Source: Bacteroidia bacterium (GTDB lineage Bacteria; Bacteroidota; Bacteroidia; UKL13-3). Taken from it: a DNA stretch of 64,000 nucleotides. The notes under the pieces are model-generated. The model was not told the origin of the DNA, ran no database searches, and saw nothing but the letters and a program-made list of their open reading frames with translations. Of the stretch, positions 47,686 to 56,507 are shown one piece after another (the first letter of the stretch is position 1; every line of letters starts with the position of its first letter). Both the position numbers and the translations under genes were made by a program. Location: positions 4,946 to 68,945 of the forward strand of contig JAKLJI010000004.1 in assembly GCA_023151275.1 (NCBI GenBank), in the 5' to 3' direction.

Positions 47686-48957
47686 ATGTTGCAAATTCAA
47701 ACCATCCGCGAAAATCTGGAGGATGTTAAACGCAAACTGGCCAAGAAACTGGTAAAAAACCTGGATGATTTGGACGAGTTGCTTCGCCTGGACGATGAAA
47801 AACGTCAGTTGAAAGTAAGTGTAGAAAACAATCAGGCTGAAGCCAATCAACTTGCCAAGAAAATTGGCGAATTGATGAAGGCAGGTCAGAAAGAAGAAGC
47901 CGAACAGCTAAAACTTCGTTCAACCGAACTTAAGGAATTGGCTCGTCAAGGTGAGGAAGAGCTGAAGTCGCTCGAAGAAAAGAGTTTCCAGATTTTGGTT
48001 TCGTTCCCCAACATGCCAAGCGATGAGGTTCCTGAAGGAAAAACTCCTGAAGAGAATATTAATGTTTACCAATGGGGAGAGGTGCCAACATTACACGAGG
48101 CCGCAGTTCCACACTGGGATTTAATCAAGAAATACGACCTGATTGATTTTGAATTGGGTGTGAAAATTGCAGGGGCTGGATTTCCGGTTTATAAAAACAA
48201 AGGTGCCCGTTTGCAACGCGCGCTTATTAACTTTTTCCTGGATGAAGCCACCAAAGCAGGTTATACCGAAGTTCAACCACCCATTGTAGTTAACGCTGAT
48301 TCTGGTTTTGGAACCGGCCAGCTTCCAGACAAAGAAGGGCAGATGTATCATGTTACTGCCGATGAGTTGTACCTGATCCCTACTGCCGAAGTTCCTATTA
48401 CCAATTTGTACCGAGATGTAATTCTGAAAGAAGAGGATTTGCCGATTAAAAACGTAGGCTATACACCATGTTTCCGTCGTGAAGCCGGAGCCTGGGGAGC
48501 TCATGTGCGTGGTTTGAATCGTCTCCATCAGTTTGATAAGGTAGAAATTGTTCAACTTGCTCACCCCGATTCCTCCTACCAGATTTTGGAAGAAATGGTG
48601 AAGCATGTTCAAGGTCTTTTGGAAAAGCTTGAACTCCCTTACCGGATTCTGCGCCTTTGTGGTGGCGATATGGGATTCTCTTCAGCCCTAACCTACGATT
48701 TTGAAACGTATAGTGCAGCTCAACAACGTTGGTTGGAAGTGAGCTCCACTTCAAATTTTGAAAGCTTTCAGGCCAACCGCATGAAATGCAGATTCAAGCC
48801 AAAAGAAGGAAAAAATCAACTGGTTCACACCTTAAATGGCAGCGCTCTTGCGCTTCCTCGCATTGTGGCCACCCTGTTGGAAAACAACCAGACGCCTGAG
48901 GGAATTCGCATTCCAAAAGCCTTGGTTCCTTATACCGGCTTTGATTTTATTAGTTAA
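47686..48957 (+). CDS. serS: Serine--tRNA ligase
   Basis: N-terminal coiled coil, LIPTAEVP, FRREAG, RLHQFDKVE, HTLNGSALA. Confidence 0.97.
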   Translation: MLQIQTIRENLEDVKRKLAKKLVKNLDDLDELLRLDDEKRQLKVSVENNQAEANQLAKKIGELMKAGQKEEAEQLKLRSTELKELARQGEEELKSLEEKSFQILVSFPNMPSDEVPEGKTPEENINVYQWGEVPTLHEAAVPHWDLIKKYDLIDFELGVKIAGAGFPVYKNKGARLQRALINFFLDEATKAGYTEVQPPIVVNADSGFGTGQLPDKEGQMYHVTADELYLIPTAEVPITNLYRDVILKEEDLPIKNVGYTPCFRREAGAWGAHVRGLNRLHQFDKVEIVQLAHPDSSYQILEEMVKHVQGLLEKLELPYRILRLCGGDMGFSSALTYDFETYSAAQQRWLEVSSTSNFESFQANRMKCRFKPKEGKNQLVHTLNGSALALPRIVATLLENNQTPEGIRIPKALVPYTGFDFIS

Positions 48958-48969
48958 ATCAATTTAAGT

Positions 48970-49002
48970 AAAAGGGGAAGCCATTTTGGTTCCCCCTTTT
49001 TT
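48970..49002 (+). terminator. Intrinsic terminator after serS
   Basis: AAAAGGGGAAGCCA-TTT-TGGTTCCCCCTTTTTT. Confidence 0.8.
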
Positions 49003-49010
49003 AATAACAC

Positions 49011-49574
49011 ATGGGATTAATTGCGCACCTCCACCAATTTTGTGAATTGGATAGCCAGGCAATTTCCTGGTTAGAAAACCATGTGGTTGAAGGCAGGAAT
49101 GCCAAAGGAACGATATTGCTGGACTGTGAGCAGGTTTGTAATCACCTGTTTTTTATTAAATCCGGACTAGTTTGCGGAATTTTAGAAGCTCCCGACCAAG
49201 ACCATTGCACTTGGCTCGCCGAAGAAAATGCGCTTGCTACTTCTTATTACAGTTTTTTAAGCAGGCAACCCTCACCCGAACGTATTGAGGCTTTGGAAGA
49301 TACCATCTGGGAGGCTTTGTCCTACGATGATATTGAGGAACTTTACAAAAAGTTTCCTGTCACCGAAAGAGCAGGAAGGAAAATCCTGGAAGCTTACTAC
49401 GCTCAGTTGGAAGAACGCTGGCTTTCTTTGCAACTCAATACAGCTGCCGACAGGTACAAAAAACTAGTTTTGAAACGACCTGCTCTCTTGCAAAGAGTAA
49501 GTTTAGGGAAAATTGCTTCTTATCTCGGAATAAAACAAGAAACCTTAAGTAGAATTAGGGCCGGAAAGGCATGA
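49011..49574 (+). CDS. Crp/Fnr family transcriptional regulator
   Basis: cNMP-binding domain (LFFIKSG, IEALED) and IASYLGIKQETLSRIR HTH. Confidence 0.92.
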   Translation: MGLIAHLHQFCELDSQAISWLENHVVEGRNAKGTILLDCEQVCNHLFFIKSGLVCGILEAPDQDHCTWLAEENALATSYYSFLSRQPSPERIEALEDTIWEALSYDDIEELYKKFPVTERAGRKILEAYYAQLEERWLSLQLNTAADRYKKLVLKRPALLQRVSLGKIASYLGIKQETLSRIRAGKA

Positions 49575-49582
49575 ATTCCTTT

Positions 49583-49596
49583 TTGATTTTTGTCAA
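49583..49596. promoter_or_regulatory. FNR/Crp-like palindromic operator TTGAT-TTTT-GTCAA
   Basis: One mismatch from TTGAT-N4-ATCAA; lies directly after the Crp/Fnr gene and ahead of the 49649 gene. Confidence 0.55.
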
Positions 49597-49648
49597 AGGT
49601 GGCTTTGCTCTACTCTCTGCAACTTTGTGCCTGTAATATCTACGCACC

Positions 49649-50236
49649 ATGATAACTAATTTGCAATTGTTCAGCCTTAATGGCTTGCTATTTTTGATTT
49701 CGGCCTCACTTTTTACGATGTCCTGCTCAAACCGGTTTTCAGAATGCCATCCAAATGGCACTAACTCCATGAATGGTGGATTTGAAGAATCAGTCGATGG
49801 GTATCCTGCAAATTGGTTATTGTATACCAATAAGGCAGCAGCTTCCGGCGATTTTACCCTAACTTTAAATTCTTCGGATAGGGTAGAAGGGAAGCAAGCA
49901 CTCGAATTCTCAATTAATACCTGCTCCAACAAAGGAGGTTACTTGTCACCGGGATTTACAAATGAATTCGATGCAAAACCGGGAAGATCTTACCTGATTA
50001 GCTTTTATACAAAATCTTCCCCTGAAACGAAATGGATTTTCAAGCTTAGTGGAGTTACCGCTAAGAAAGGATTTGGTGAAAAAGTTATTTCCTCTCCTGC
50101 AGCTTCATCAAATTGGGAAAAACACGAACTTAAGTTTACCCAACCCGAAAATGCCAAAAGAATACGCATGGAACTGAATGTACTTAGTACCGGTAAGTTT
50201 CTAATAGACGGAATTGAAATGCACGAAGTAAATTAA
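49649..50236 (+). CDS. Lipoprotein with carbohydrate-binding-module-like (CBM4/9, galactose-binding fold) domain
   Basis: Lipobox-like TMSC; NGGFE...PANW, VEGKQAL, PGRSY.ISF, W......F, FLIDGI. Confidence 0.7.
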   Translation: MITNLQLFSLNGLLFLISASLFTMSCSNRFSECHPNGTNSMNGGFEESVDGYPANWLLYTNKAAASGDFTLTLNSSDRVEGKQALEFSINTCSNKGGYLSPGFTNEFDAKPGRSYLISFYTKSSPETKWIFKLSGVTAKKGFGEKVISSPAASSNWEKHELKFTQPENAKRIRMELNVLSTGKFLIDGIEMHEVN

Positions 50237-50264
50237 AGTATCAAATCCCATGTGCATGTGCAAC

Positions 50265-50300
50265 AAAAAAGCCATCTGAATTTTCAGACGGCTTTTTTTT
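50265..50300. terminator. Bidirectional intrinsic terminator
   Basis: AAAAAAGCCATCTGAATTTTCAGACGGCTTTTTTTT between convergent genes. Confidence 0.85.
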
Positions 50301-50310
50301 GGAGTACCAA

Positions 50311-51699
50311 TTAATGTTCGTGGTTATGATGGTGTTTCGCATTGTGTTCAGAAACAATGGCGTTAAACTCTTCAATGCTAACCTCTTTAACGTCTTTTGT
50401 GATGGTATTCATCAAATACTCGTTCACCTTAGCTCTTGCTGCAACATTAATCATGCGGCTGCGGAAATCGTCTTTCTTCAACTGTGGCTCAATGATGCTG
50501 TTCAAGAAATCATCTCCTAGGTTCCCCATGTTGTAACCACCAAACATTTGAAGGGTATAGCCTTTTGCAGCTGCGCGGATATCCTCTTCAGTGATTTGGA
50601 TATTGTTGCTCAACAAAATTTTCTCTTCAAGGATATGGTTTCTTAGGTAATTGGCTTCTGGTTTGTAGGCTTCATCAATGTTTTCAGCATTGAATTTATC
50701 CGGATGACGATCCATTAACCAGCGCTTCAAAAATTCATCAGGCAAGGTAATTGAATGCTTGGCAACCAAACTGTCGAACAATTCGTGTTCCAACAAGTGG
50801 TTAGCCTGCTGCTCAAAATAGCCTTGGATTTCGGTTTTGATGCGGGTACGCAATTCTTCTTCAGTGCTAATTGCGCCAGGACCGTAAATTTTATCAAACA
50901 GCTCCTGATTGATTTCAGATTCTGTAGTACGTTTAATTTCGTTCAAGGTAAAACGGAACTCTTTGTTCAAATCAGCAATTCCTGCTTTTTGAACGCCAAG
51001 TGCATGACTCATTTCAACTTCATCGTTGTTGAACAAAGCAAAAATGTTCAAATTCATGCTTGCACCTTTGGTAAGCGCCATTACCGCTTTTTTCAATTCT
51101 TCGTCCTTAATGGTATTTACCGCCAAAGGAACAGAAGGAGCATTAACGCCACCGTCTAAAACTTCTCCACCTTCGTTCAACTCGGTTAAAGAAGCATAAA
51201 CCATGTCATTTTCACCAACTTCCTCAACATCAGTAAGTGTACCCATTTGCTTGCGCATACGATTGATTTCATCATCAACCATTGCTTCGCTAACGGTTAC
51301 GCTGTAATACGGATAGGAATCTGCTGATGAAATATTCAGTTCAATTTCTGGAGTTAATCCAATTTCAAACTTGAAGGTATAAGAAGCAGTTTTGCTTAAT
51401 TCGTCAATTTTGGTGTCTTCTGTCAAAACAGGCTGACCCAAGATATTGAGTTTGTTTTGTTCGATGTAATCGTGAAGCGCATTGCTGGCAACCATATTTA
51501 CTTCTTCAAGTAAAATGCTTTGACCAACCATTTTTTCAATAACACCTTTTGGAGCTTGTCCGGCACGGAAGCCTGGAATATTGGCTTTCTTTCCGTAGTC
51601 TTTCAGCTTTTTGTCGTAGGAAGGAATGAAATCAGTGGGTTCGATTGAAATGGCAATCGTGCCATTGAGTTCGTCTTTTTTGTCAAATGTAACGTTCAT
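50311..51699 (-). CDS. tig: Trigger factor (true start ATG 51699; the track extension runs into the tRNA)
   Basis: IPGFRAGQAP ribosome-binding motif, LGQP, LPDEFLKRWL; His-rich C-terminus. Confidence 0.93.
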   Translation of the reverse strand: MNVTFDKKDELNGTIAISIEPTDFIPSYDKKLKDYGKKANIPGFRAGQAPKGVIEKMVGQSILLEEVNMVASNALHDYIEQNKLNILGQPVLTEDTKIDELSKTASYTFKFEIGLTPEIELNISSADSYPYYSVTVSEAMVDDEINRMRKQMGTLTDVEEVGENDMVYASLTELNEGGEVLDGGVNAPSVPLAVNTIKDEELKKAVMALTKGASMNLNIFALFNNDEVEMSHALGVQKAGIADLNKEFRFTLNEIKRTTESEINQELFDKIYGPGAISTEEELRTRIKTEIQGYFEQQANHLLEHELFDSLVAKHSITLPDEFLKRWLMDRHPDKFNAENIDEAYKPEANYLRNHILEEKILLSNNIQITEEDIRAAAKGYTLQMFGGYNMGNLGDDFLNSIIEPQLKKDDFRSRMINVAARAKVNEYLMNTITKDVKEVSIEEFNAIVSEHNAKHHHNHEH

Positions 51700-51714
51700 G
51701 GTGTTAAAAAAACG

Positions 51715-51796
51715 TGCGGATGGAGGGACTCGAACCCCCACGCCTCTCGGCACCAGATCCTAAGTCTGGCACGGCTACCAATTACGCCACATCCGC
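51715..51796 (-). tRNA. tRNA-Leu (anticodon TAG), CCA not encoded
   Basis: GCGGATGTGGCGTAATTGGTAGCCGTGCCAGACTTAGGATCTGGTGCCGAGAGGCGTGGGGGTTCGAGTCCCTCCATCCGCA: cloverleaf with long variable arm. Confidence 0.97.
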
Positions 51797-51834
51797 AAGT
51801 GAATAAAGAACTGTGCTTTAAAAATAAAGGACTG

Positions 51835-51865
51835 CAAATGTAGTCGTTTCCTTTTCATTTCCAAA
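51835..51865 (-). promoter_or_regulatory. Bacteroidota sigma-A promoter for tRNA-Leu/tig
   Basis: Minus strand TTTG-N19-TACATTTG (-33/-7 consensus). Confidence 0.75.
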
Positions 51866-52000
51866 TCTATTCCGATTTTTATTCCTCTTTTTTCCTGATT
51901 ATGCCCTCTTTGTCCGCATCAAACCTCGATATTTTTTATTTTTACTTTTTCTGGTTTCCCCTTTTTTTAACTAGATTGAGCCCAAGCAGAACCCTCCAGA

Positions 52001-54211
52001 ATGGAAACCAAACCTGATCCTATACTTCAAGAAAATCAGCTGATTGTAAAACAATATCGCCTTCTTCTTCGCAGCATCAAGCGTACACTTACTTCACAAG
52101 ATCGAAAAACAATCCGGGAAGCCTTCAACCTAGCCCTTGAGGCCCATAAAAATATGAGGCGTAAAAGTGGAGAGCCTTATATTCTTCATCCCATTGCCGT
52201 GGCCCAGATTTGCGCAGAGGAAATTGGTCTTGGCGTTACTTCGGTTGTAAGCGCACTTTTGCACGATACCGTTGAAGATACCGACATTACCCTGGATTTG
52301 GTAAAGCTTAAATTTGGTGAGCGGGTGATGCGCATTATCGATGGCCTTACCAAAATTTCCGGCGTTTTTGACCAGCCCGACCGCAGCATTCAGGCCGAGA
52401 ATTTCCGCAAAATGTTGCTTACCCTGGGAGATGATGTGCGCGTGATTCTCATAAAATTGGCCGACCGTTTGCACAATATGCGTACGCTTGACTCCATGAG
52501 TCCGAAATCGCAGCTCAAAATCTCTTCAGAAACGGCTTATGTGTATGCGCCACTTGCGCATCGACTGGGTCTGTACGCTATCAAAACCGAGCTCGAAGAT
52601 TTGAGTACCAAGTATTTGGAGGCTGATAATTACAATTTTGTTAAGAACAAACTCAACGAAACCAAAACCCAGCGAAACAAATACATCAAAAATTTTATCG
52701 AACCTATTATTGGTGACCTTGATGCTGCCGGATTGGTTTATGAAATCAAGGGAAGACCCAAAAGCATTCATTCCATCCTCAACAAAATGAAAAAGCAAAA
52801 CATACCCTTTGAGGAGGTGTATGATTTGTTTGCTATTCGAATCATCATTGATACTGAATACGAATTTGAAAAATCGGATTGCTGGAAGGTTTACTCGTTG
52901 GTTACCGACCACTATACGCCCAATCCCGACCGTTTGCGAGATTGGGTAAGTACTCCAAAGGCCAATGGATACGAGAGTTTACATACCACTGTAATGGGGC
53001 CTTCTGGTCGTTGGGTTGAAGTGCAAATTCGTTCAAAACGCATGGATGAAATTGCCGAAAAAGGATTCGCCGCCCATTGGAAATACAAAGATGCTGCCCA
53101 AAACAACGACAATGGCTTGGAGAGCTGGCTCGCTCGCGTTCGTGAAATTCTTGAAAGCCCTGAAAGCAATGCCCTTGAGTTTCTCGATGATTTTAAACTC
53201 GCGCTTTATACCGATGAAATTTTTGTGTTTACGCCCAAAGGCGACCTTCGGAAAATGCCTGCCGGCTCAACCGTTCTCGATTTTGCATTCGATATTCATA
53301 CCGATTTAGGCGGAAAATGCATCGGAGCAAAACTGAATAACAAACTTGTTCCCAATACCCATAAGCTGGCCAATGGCGATCAGGTTGAAATTTTAACTTC
53401 GGCCAAGCAAAAGCCCAATGAAGAATGGCTAAACCATGTGGTTACAGCCAAAGCCAAGGCCAAAATCCGCGATTACTTCAAACAACTTAAGCTGGAAGCG
53501 GCTTCCATGGGTAAGGAAATTTTGGAACGTAAATTCAGGAACGCAAAGATTGCGTTCACTTCCGAAGCCCTACAGGATTTAATCAAACACCTCAAGATAA
53601 AATCCGTTTCTGAGCTGTATTACCTCATCGCCACCGAGAAAATAGACCGCACCAAGCTGGATATCAGTGCTATTTTGTTGGCTGAAAAAAGTAAGCCGGT
53701 CGAGACTCAAAATCAATCCAAACCCAAACCACAGGCTGCACATGCCAACGATGCCATTATTCTTGGCGACAATGAAGTTGAACTGGATTACTCCTTTTCT
53801 AAATGCTGCAATCCCATTCCGGGTGACGAGATTTTTGGATTCATCACGGTAGGTGAGGGGGTTAAAATTCACCGCACCAATTGCTCAAATGCACTTGGGC
53901 TTATGAGCAATTACGGGTACAGAATCATTCGTGCCAAATGGGCCGATGATGCCCTAAATCATGGAAAGGCATTTCTTACCTCCATTCGCGTTGCCGGAAT
54001 CGACAGCGTTGGAATTGTGAGCTTGATTGCAGATATCATTTCCAGACAACTGAATATCAATATGAAATCCATTTCCATAACCTCCAATGAAGGCTCATTT
54101 GAAGGCTCCATTGATTTGGAAGTGCACGATACCGGTCAACTTGAGAATATCATGACGGCCATAAAAAATTCAAGCCCGCTTATCAGCGTAAGCCGCGTGG
54201 ATTTAAGTTGA
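52001..54211 (+). CDS. relA: Bifunctional (p)ppGpp synthetase/hydrolase RelA/SpoT
   Basis: RKSGEPYILHP, LLHDTVED (intact HD), KLADRLHNMRT, YESLHTT, EVQIR, AAHWKYK, TGS and ACT domains. Confidence 0.95.
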   Translation: METKPDPILQENQLIVKQYRLLLRSIKRTLTSQDRKTIREAFNLALEAHKNMRRKSGEPYILHPIAVAQICAEEIGLGVTSVVSALLHDTVEDTDITLDLVKLKFGERVMRIIDGLTKISGVFDQPDRSIQAENFRKMLLTLGDDVRVILIKLADRLHNMRTLDSMSPKSQLKISSETAYVYAPLAHRLGLYAIKTELEDLSTKYLEADNYNFVKNKLNETKTQRNKYIKNFIEPIIGDLDAAGLVYEIKGRPKSIHSILNKMKKQNIPFEEVYDLFAIRIIIDTEYEFEKSDCWKVYSLVTDHYTPNPDRLRDWVSTPKANGYESLHTTVMGPSGRWVEVQIRSKRMDEIAEKGFAAHWKYKDAAQNNDNGLESWLARVREILESPESNALEFLDDFKLALYTDEIFVFTPKGDLRKMPAGSTVLDFAFDIHTDLGGKCIGAKLNNKLVPNTHKLANGDQVEILTSAKQKPNEEWLNHVVTAKAKAKIRDYFKQLKLEAASMGKEILERKFRNAKIAFTSEALQDLIKHLKIKSVSELYYLIATEKIDRTKLDISAILLAEKSKPVETQNQSKPKPQAAHANDAIILGDNEVELDYSFSKCCNPIPGDEIFGFITVGEGVKIHRTNCSNALGLMSNYGYRIIRAKWADDALNHGKAFLTSIRVAGIDSVGIVSLIADIISRQLNINMKSISITSNEGSFEGSIDLEVHDTGQLENIMTAIKNSSPLISVSRVDLS

Positions 54212-54283
54212 TTTCTGCCTTGGGCCTTAAATTCAATTTCCGTCCTAAAGCGTCAACCCTTATCTTCGCAACTTCAATTTGCT

Positions 54284-54787
54284 ATGAGTACTGAAAATCA
54301 GCAATTACAGGATCAAATCAAAGCCGAGGTACGCCAGAAATTCATCGAGTTCCTGGAATACCATCAGCAACGCAAAACCCCCGAGCGTTTTGCAATCCTT
54401 GATGAAATCTACTCAAACAAAGAGCATTTTGATGTTGAAACACTCTTCGAGCACATGAAAAACCGCAACTACAGAGTTAGTAGAGCAACAGTGTACAATA
54501 CACTCGACCTCCTTCTCGATTGCGGCCTGGTAATCAAACACCAGTTTGGACGAAACATCTCGCGCTATGAACGCGCATACGGTTTCCGCCAACACGATCA
54601 CCTCATTTGCAATGTGTGCAACGATGTGCTTGAGTTCTGCGACCCCAGAATCCAGCAAATCAAAAGCACCATGGGAGACTTAATGAAATTTCAGATAACC
54701 AATCACTCATTATATTTATTCGGTCAGCCACAGGTAGATGCCAATCAGCAATGCCTCAACTGCCGCAAAACAGTTAAACAGGATTAG
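54284..54787 (+). CDS. fur: Fur family transcriptional repressor
   Basis: TPERFAIL, SRATVYNTL, HDHLICNVC. Confidence 0.9.
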   Translation: MSTENQQLQDQIKAEVRQKFIEFLEYHQQRKTPERFAILDEIYSNKEHFDVETLFEHMKNRNYRVSRATVYNTLDLLLDCGLVIKHQFGRNISRYERAYGFRQHDHLICNVCNDVLEFCDPRIQQIKSTMGDLMKFQITNHSLYLFGQPQVDANQQCLNCRKTVKQD

Positions 54788-54792
54788 ATTTT

Positions 54793-56055
54793 ATGGTAGA
54801 TGTTGTTCTCGGCCTCCAATGGGGTGATGAAGGAAAAGGAAAAATTGTTGATGTGCTAACCCCGGAGTACGACGTGGTTGCTCGTTTTCAGGGTGGTCCA
54901 AATGCTGGCCATTCGCTCGAATTTGGAGGTAATAAATACGTGCTCAATACCATTCCTTCGGGTATTTTTCATGAACATTGCATCAATATCATCGGCAATG
55001 GCGTAGTGGTTGATCCGGTTCAACTCAAAAAGGAAATCGAAAAGGCCTCAGCTACCGGTGTAGATATCAGTAAAAACCTCTACATCTCACAAAAGGCTCA
55101 CCTCATTTTGCCAACTCACCGCTTGGTAGATGCGGCCTCCGAAGCCAAAAAAGGCGAACACAAAGTGGGTTCAACGCTGCGTGGTATCAGCCCAACTTAC
55201 CAAGATAAAATTGGTCGTAGTGGATTGCGAATTGGCGATATTCTTTCGCCTGATTTCAACAAGAAGTACAGAAATGCTGCCAATATTCACTGCGAACTGC
55301 TCAACTCCTTAGGTTTTGAATACAACCTAAACGACCACGAGCCGGCGTTTTTTGAAGCCGTTGAATACATCAAGCAGTTTAAAATTATCAATAGCGAATA
55401 CTTTGTAAACAACCTCATCAGCCAGGGCAAAAAAATCCTGGCAGAAGGTGCACAAGGTACTTTGCTCGATATCGACTTTGGCTCTTACCCATTCGTTACT
55501 TCTTCCAATACAATCACCGGCGGAGCTTGCTCCGGTTTGGGTATCGCGCCACAGCATATTCAAAAAGTATATGGCATTTTTAAGGCCTATTGTACCCGCG
55601 TGGGCAATGGACCTTTCCCAACCGAACAGGAAAATGAAACCGGTGAAATGCTTCGCAAATTAGGCCATGAGTTTGGTGCAACAACAGGTCGCCCCCGCCG
55701 CACAGGCTGGCTCGATTTGCCAACTTTACGCTATGCCATTATGCTCAATGGCGTTACTGATTTAATTTGCACCAAAAGCGATGTGCTTAGCGGCTTCGAA
55801 GAGGTATTGGTTTGCGATAGGTATGCCATCAACGGACAAGAAACCAACGAAATTCCATTCAGTCTTCAGGATGTAAATGCAGAGCCCTTATACCGCAATT
55901 TCCCGGGATGGACAGGCGACCTGAGCAAAATCAGAACCTATTCCGATTTGCCTGAAACTTTCCGCAAATACATGAGCTATGTAGAAGGCCAAATTGGCGT
56001 TCCGGTAAATGTAATTTCGGTAGGTCCCGACCGCGAAGAAACCATCCGTCGCTAA
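54793..56055 (+). CDS. purA: Adenylosuccinate synthetase
   Basis: GLQWGDEGKGK, GGPNAGH, EGAQG, EFGATTGRPRR. Confidence 0.97.
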   Translation: MVDVVLGLQWGDEGKGKIVDVLTPEYDVVARFQGGPNAGHSLEFGGNKYVLNTIPSGIFHEHCINIIGNGVVVDPVQLKKEIEKASATGVDISKNLYISQKAHLILPTHRLVDAASEAKKGEHKVGSTLRGISPTYQDKIGRSGLRIGDILSPDFNKKYRNAANIHCELLNSLGFEYNLNDHEPAFFEAVEYIKQFKIINSEYFVNNLISQGKKILAEGAQGTLLDIDFGSYPFVTSSNTITGGACSGLGIAPQHIQKVYGIFKAYCTRVGNGPFPTEQENETGEMLRKLGHEFGATTGRPRRTGWLDLPTLRYAIMLNGVTDLICTKSDVLSGFEEVLVCDRYAINGQETNEIPFSLQDVNAEPLYRNFPGWTGDLSKIRTYSDLPETFRKYMSYVEGQIGVPVNVISVGPDREETIRR

Positions 56056-56079
56056 ATCAAATTCATTTTCAGATTTGGT

Positions 56080-56278
56080 GGGCCTGCCTTTTGGGCCTCG
56101 GCAACTTCATGCACGAAGTAAATTCCTGCCGCCCAAAAGGCCGGGTCATCCGCCTGTACTCCTCGGCCGGGGATTAAGCGTCTGCATGGCTGCTGTCGGG
56201 GCTTCCTGCGGTCGCCCGCCCTCAGCCGCATCCGCTAAATCCCCGTCCTGTGGGGTACTGTCTCCTGCCCCTCAGGCA
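56080..56278 (+). ncRNA. Structured element copy C (Flavo-1-like RNA/ssDNA motif)
   Basis: GGGCCTG-CCTTTTGGGC...GCCCAAAAGG-CCGGGTCATCCGC-GTACTC...GGGTAC-TGTCTCCTGCCCCT-CAGGC. Confidence 0.7.
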
Positions 56279-56507
56279 GAGGGAAGGTGATCTTAATTCT
56301 AAAGGTGCTAGAAAATGGAAGGAATTTTGAAATGACTTCGAAAAAAAATTGCCTCATTTTTTGATGTCAAACAGGTAGTCTTGTTATTGTCCTGAATCTC
56401 TGGAGTTGCATCATTCAAAGTGGAAGAGTTTAGAATTGTACTTTCTATGGCTTTCTTTTCAAAAACGAGTACGTTAACCTAGTTTCGGGAGGTTGAATTG
56501 TTAAAAT

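Noticed and set aside
50311..50345. His-rich C-terminal tail of trigger factor (HNAKHHHNHEH)
   Set aside because: Short, and such tails are not unusual on chaperones; no further support for a special role.
51700..51753. N-terminal extension of trigger factor in the track
   Set aside because: Runs into tRNA-Leu; the real start is ATG 51699.
51715..51796. tRNA-Leu as an integration site for an island or prophage
   Set aside because: No integrase and no duplicated tRNA 3' end seen; flanks are housekeeping genes.
56075..56290. Track ORF of 71 aa
   Set aside because: Coincides with structured element C; Pro/Arg/Gly-rich artefact.
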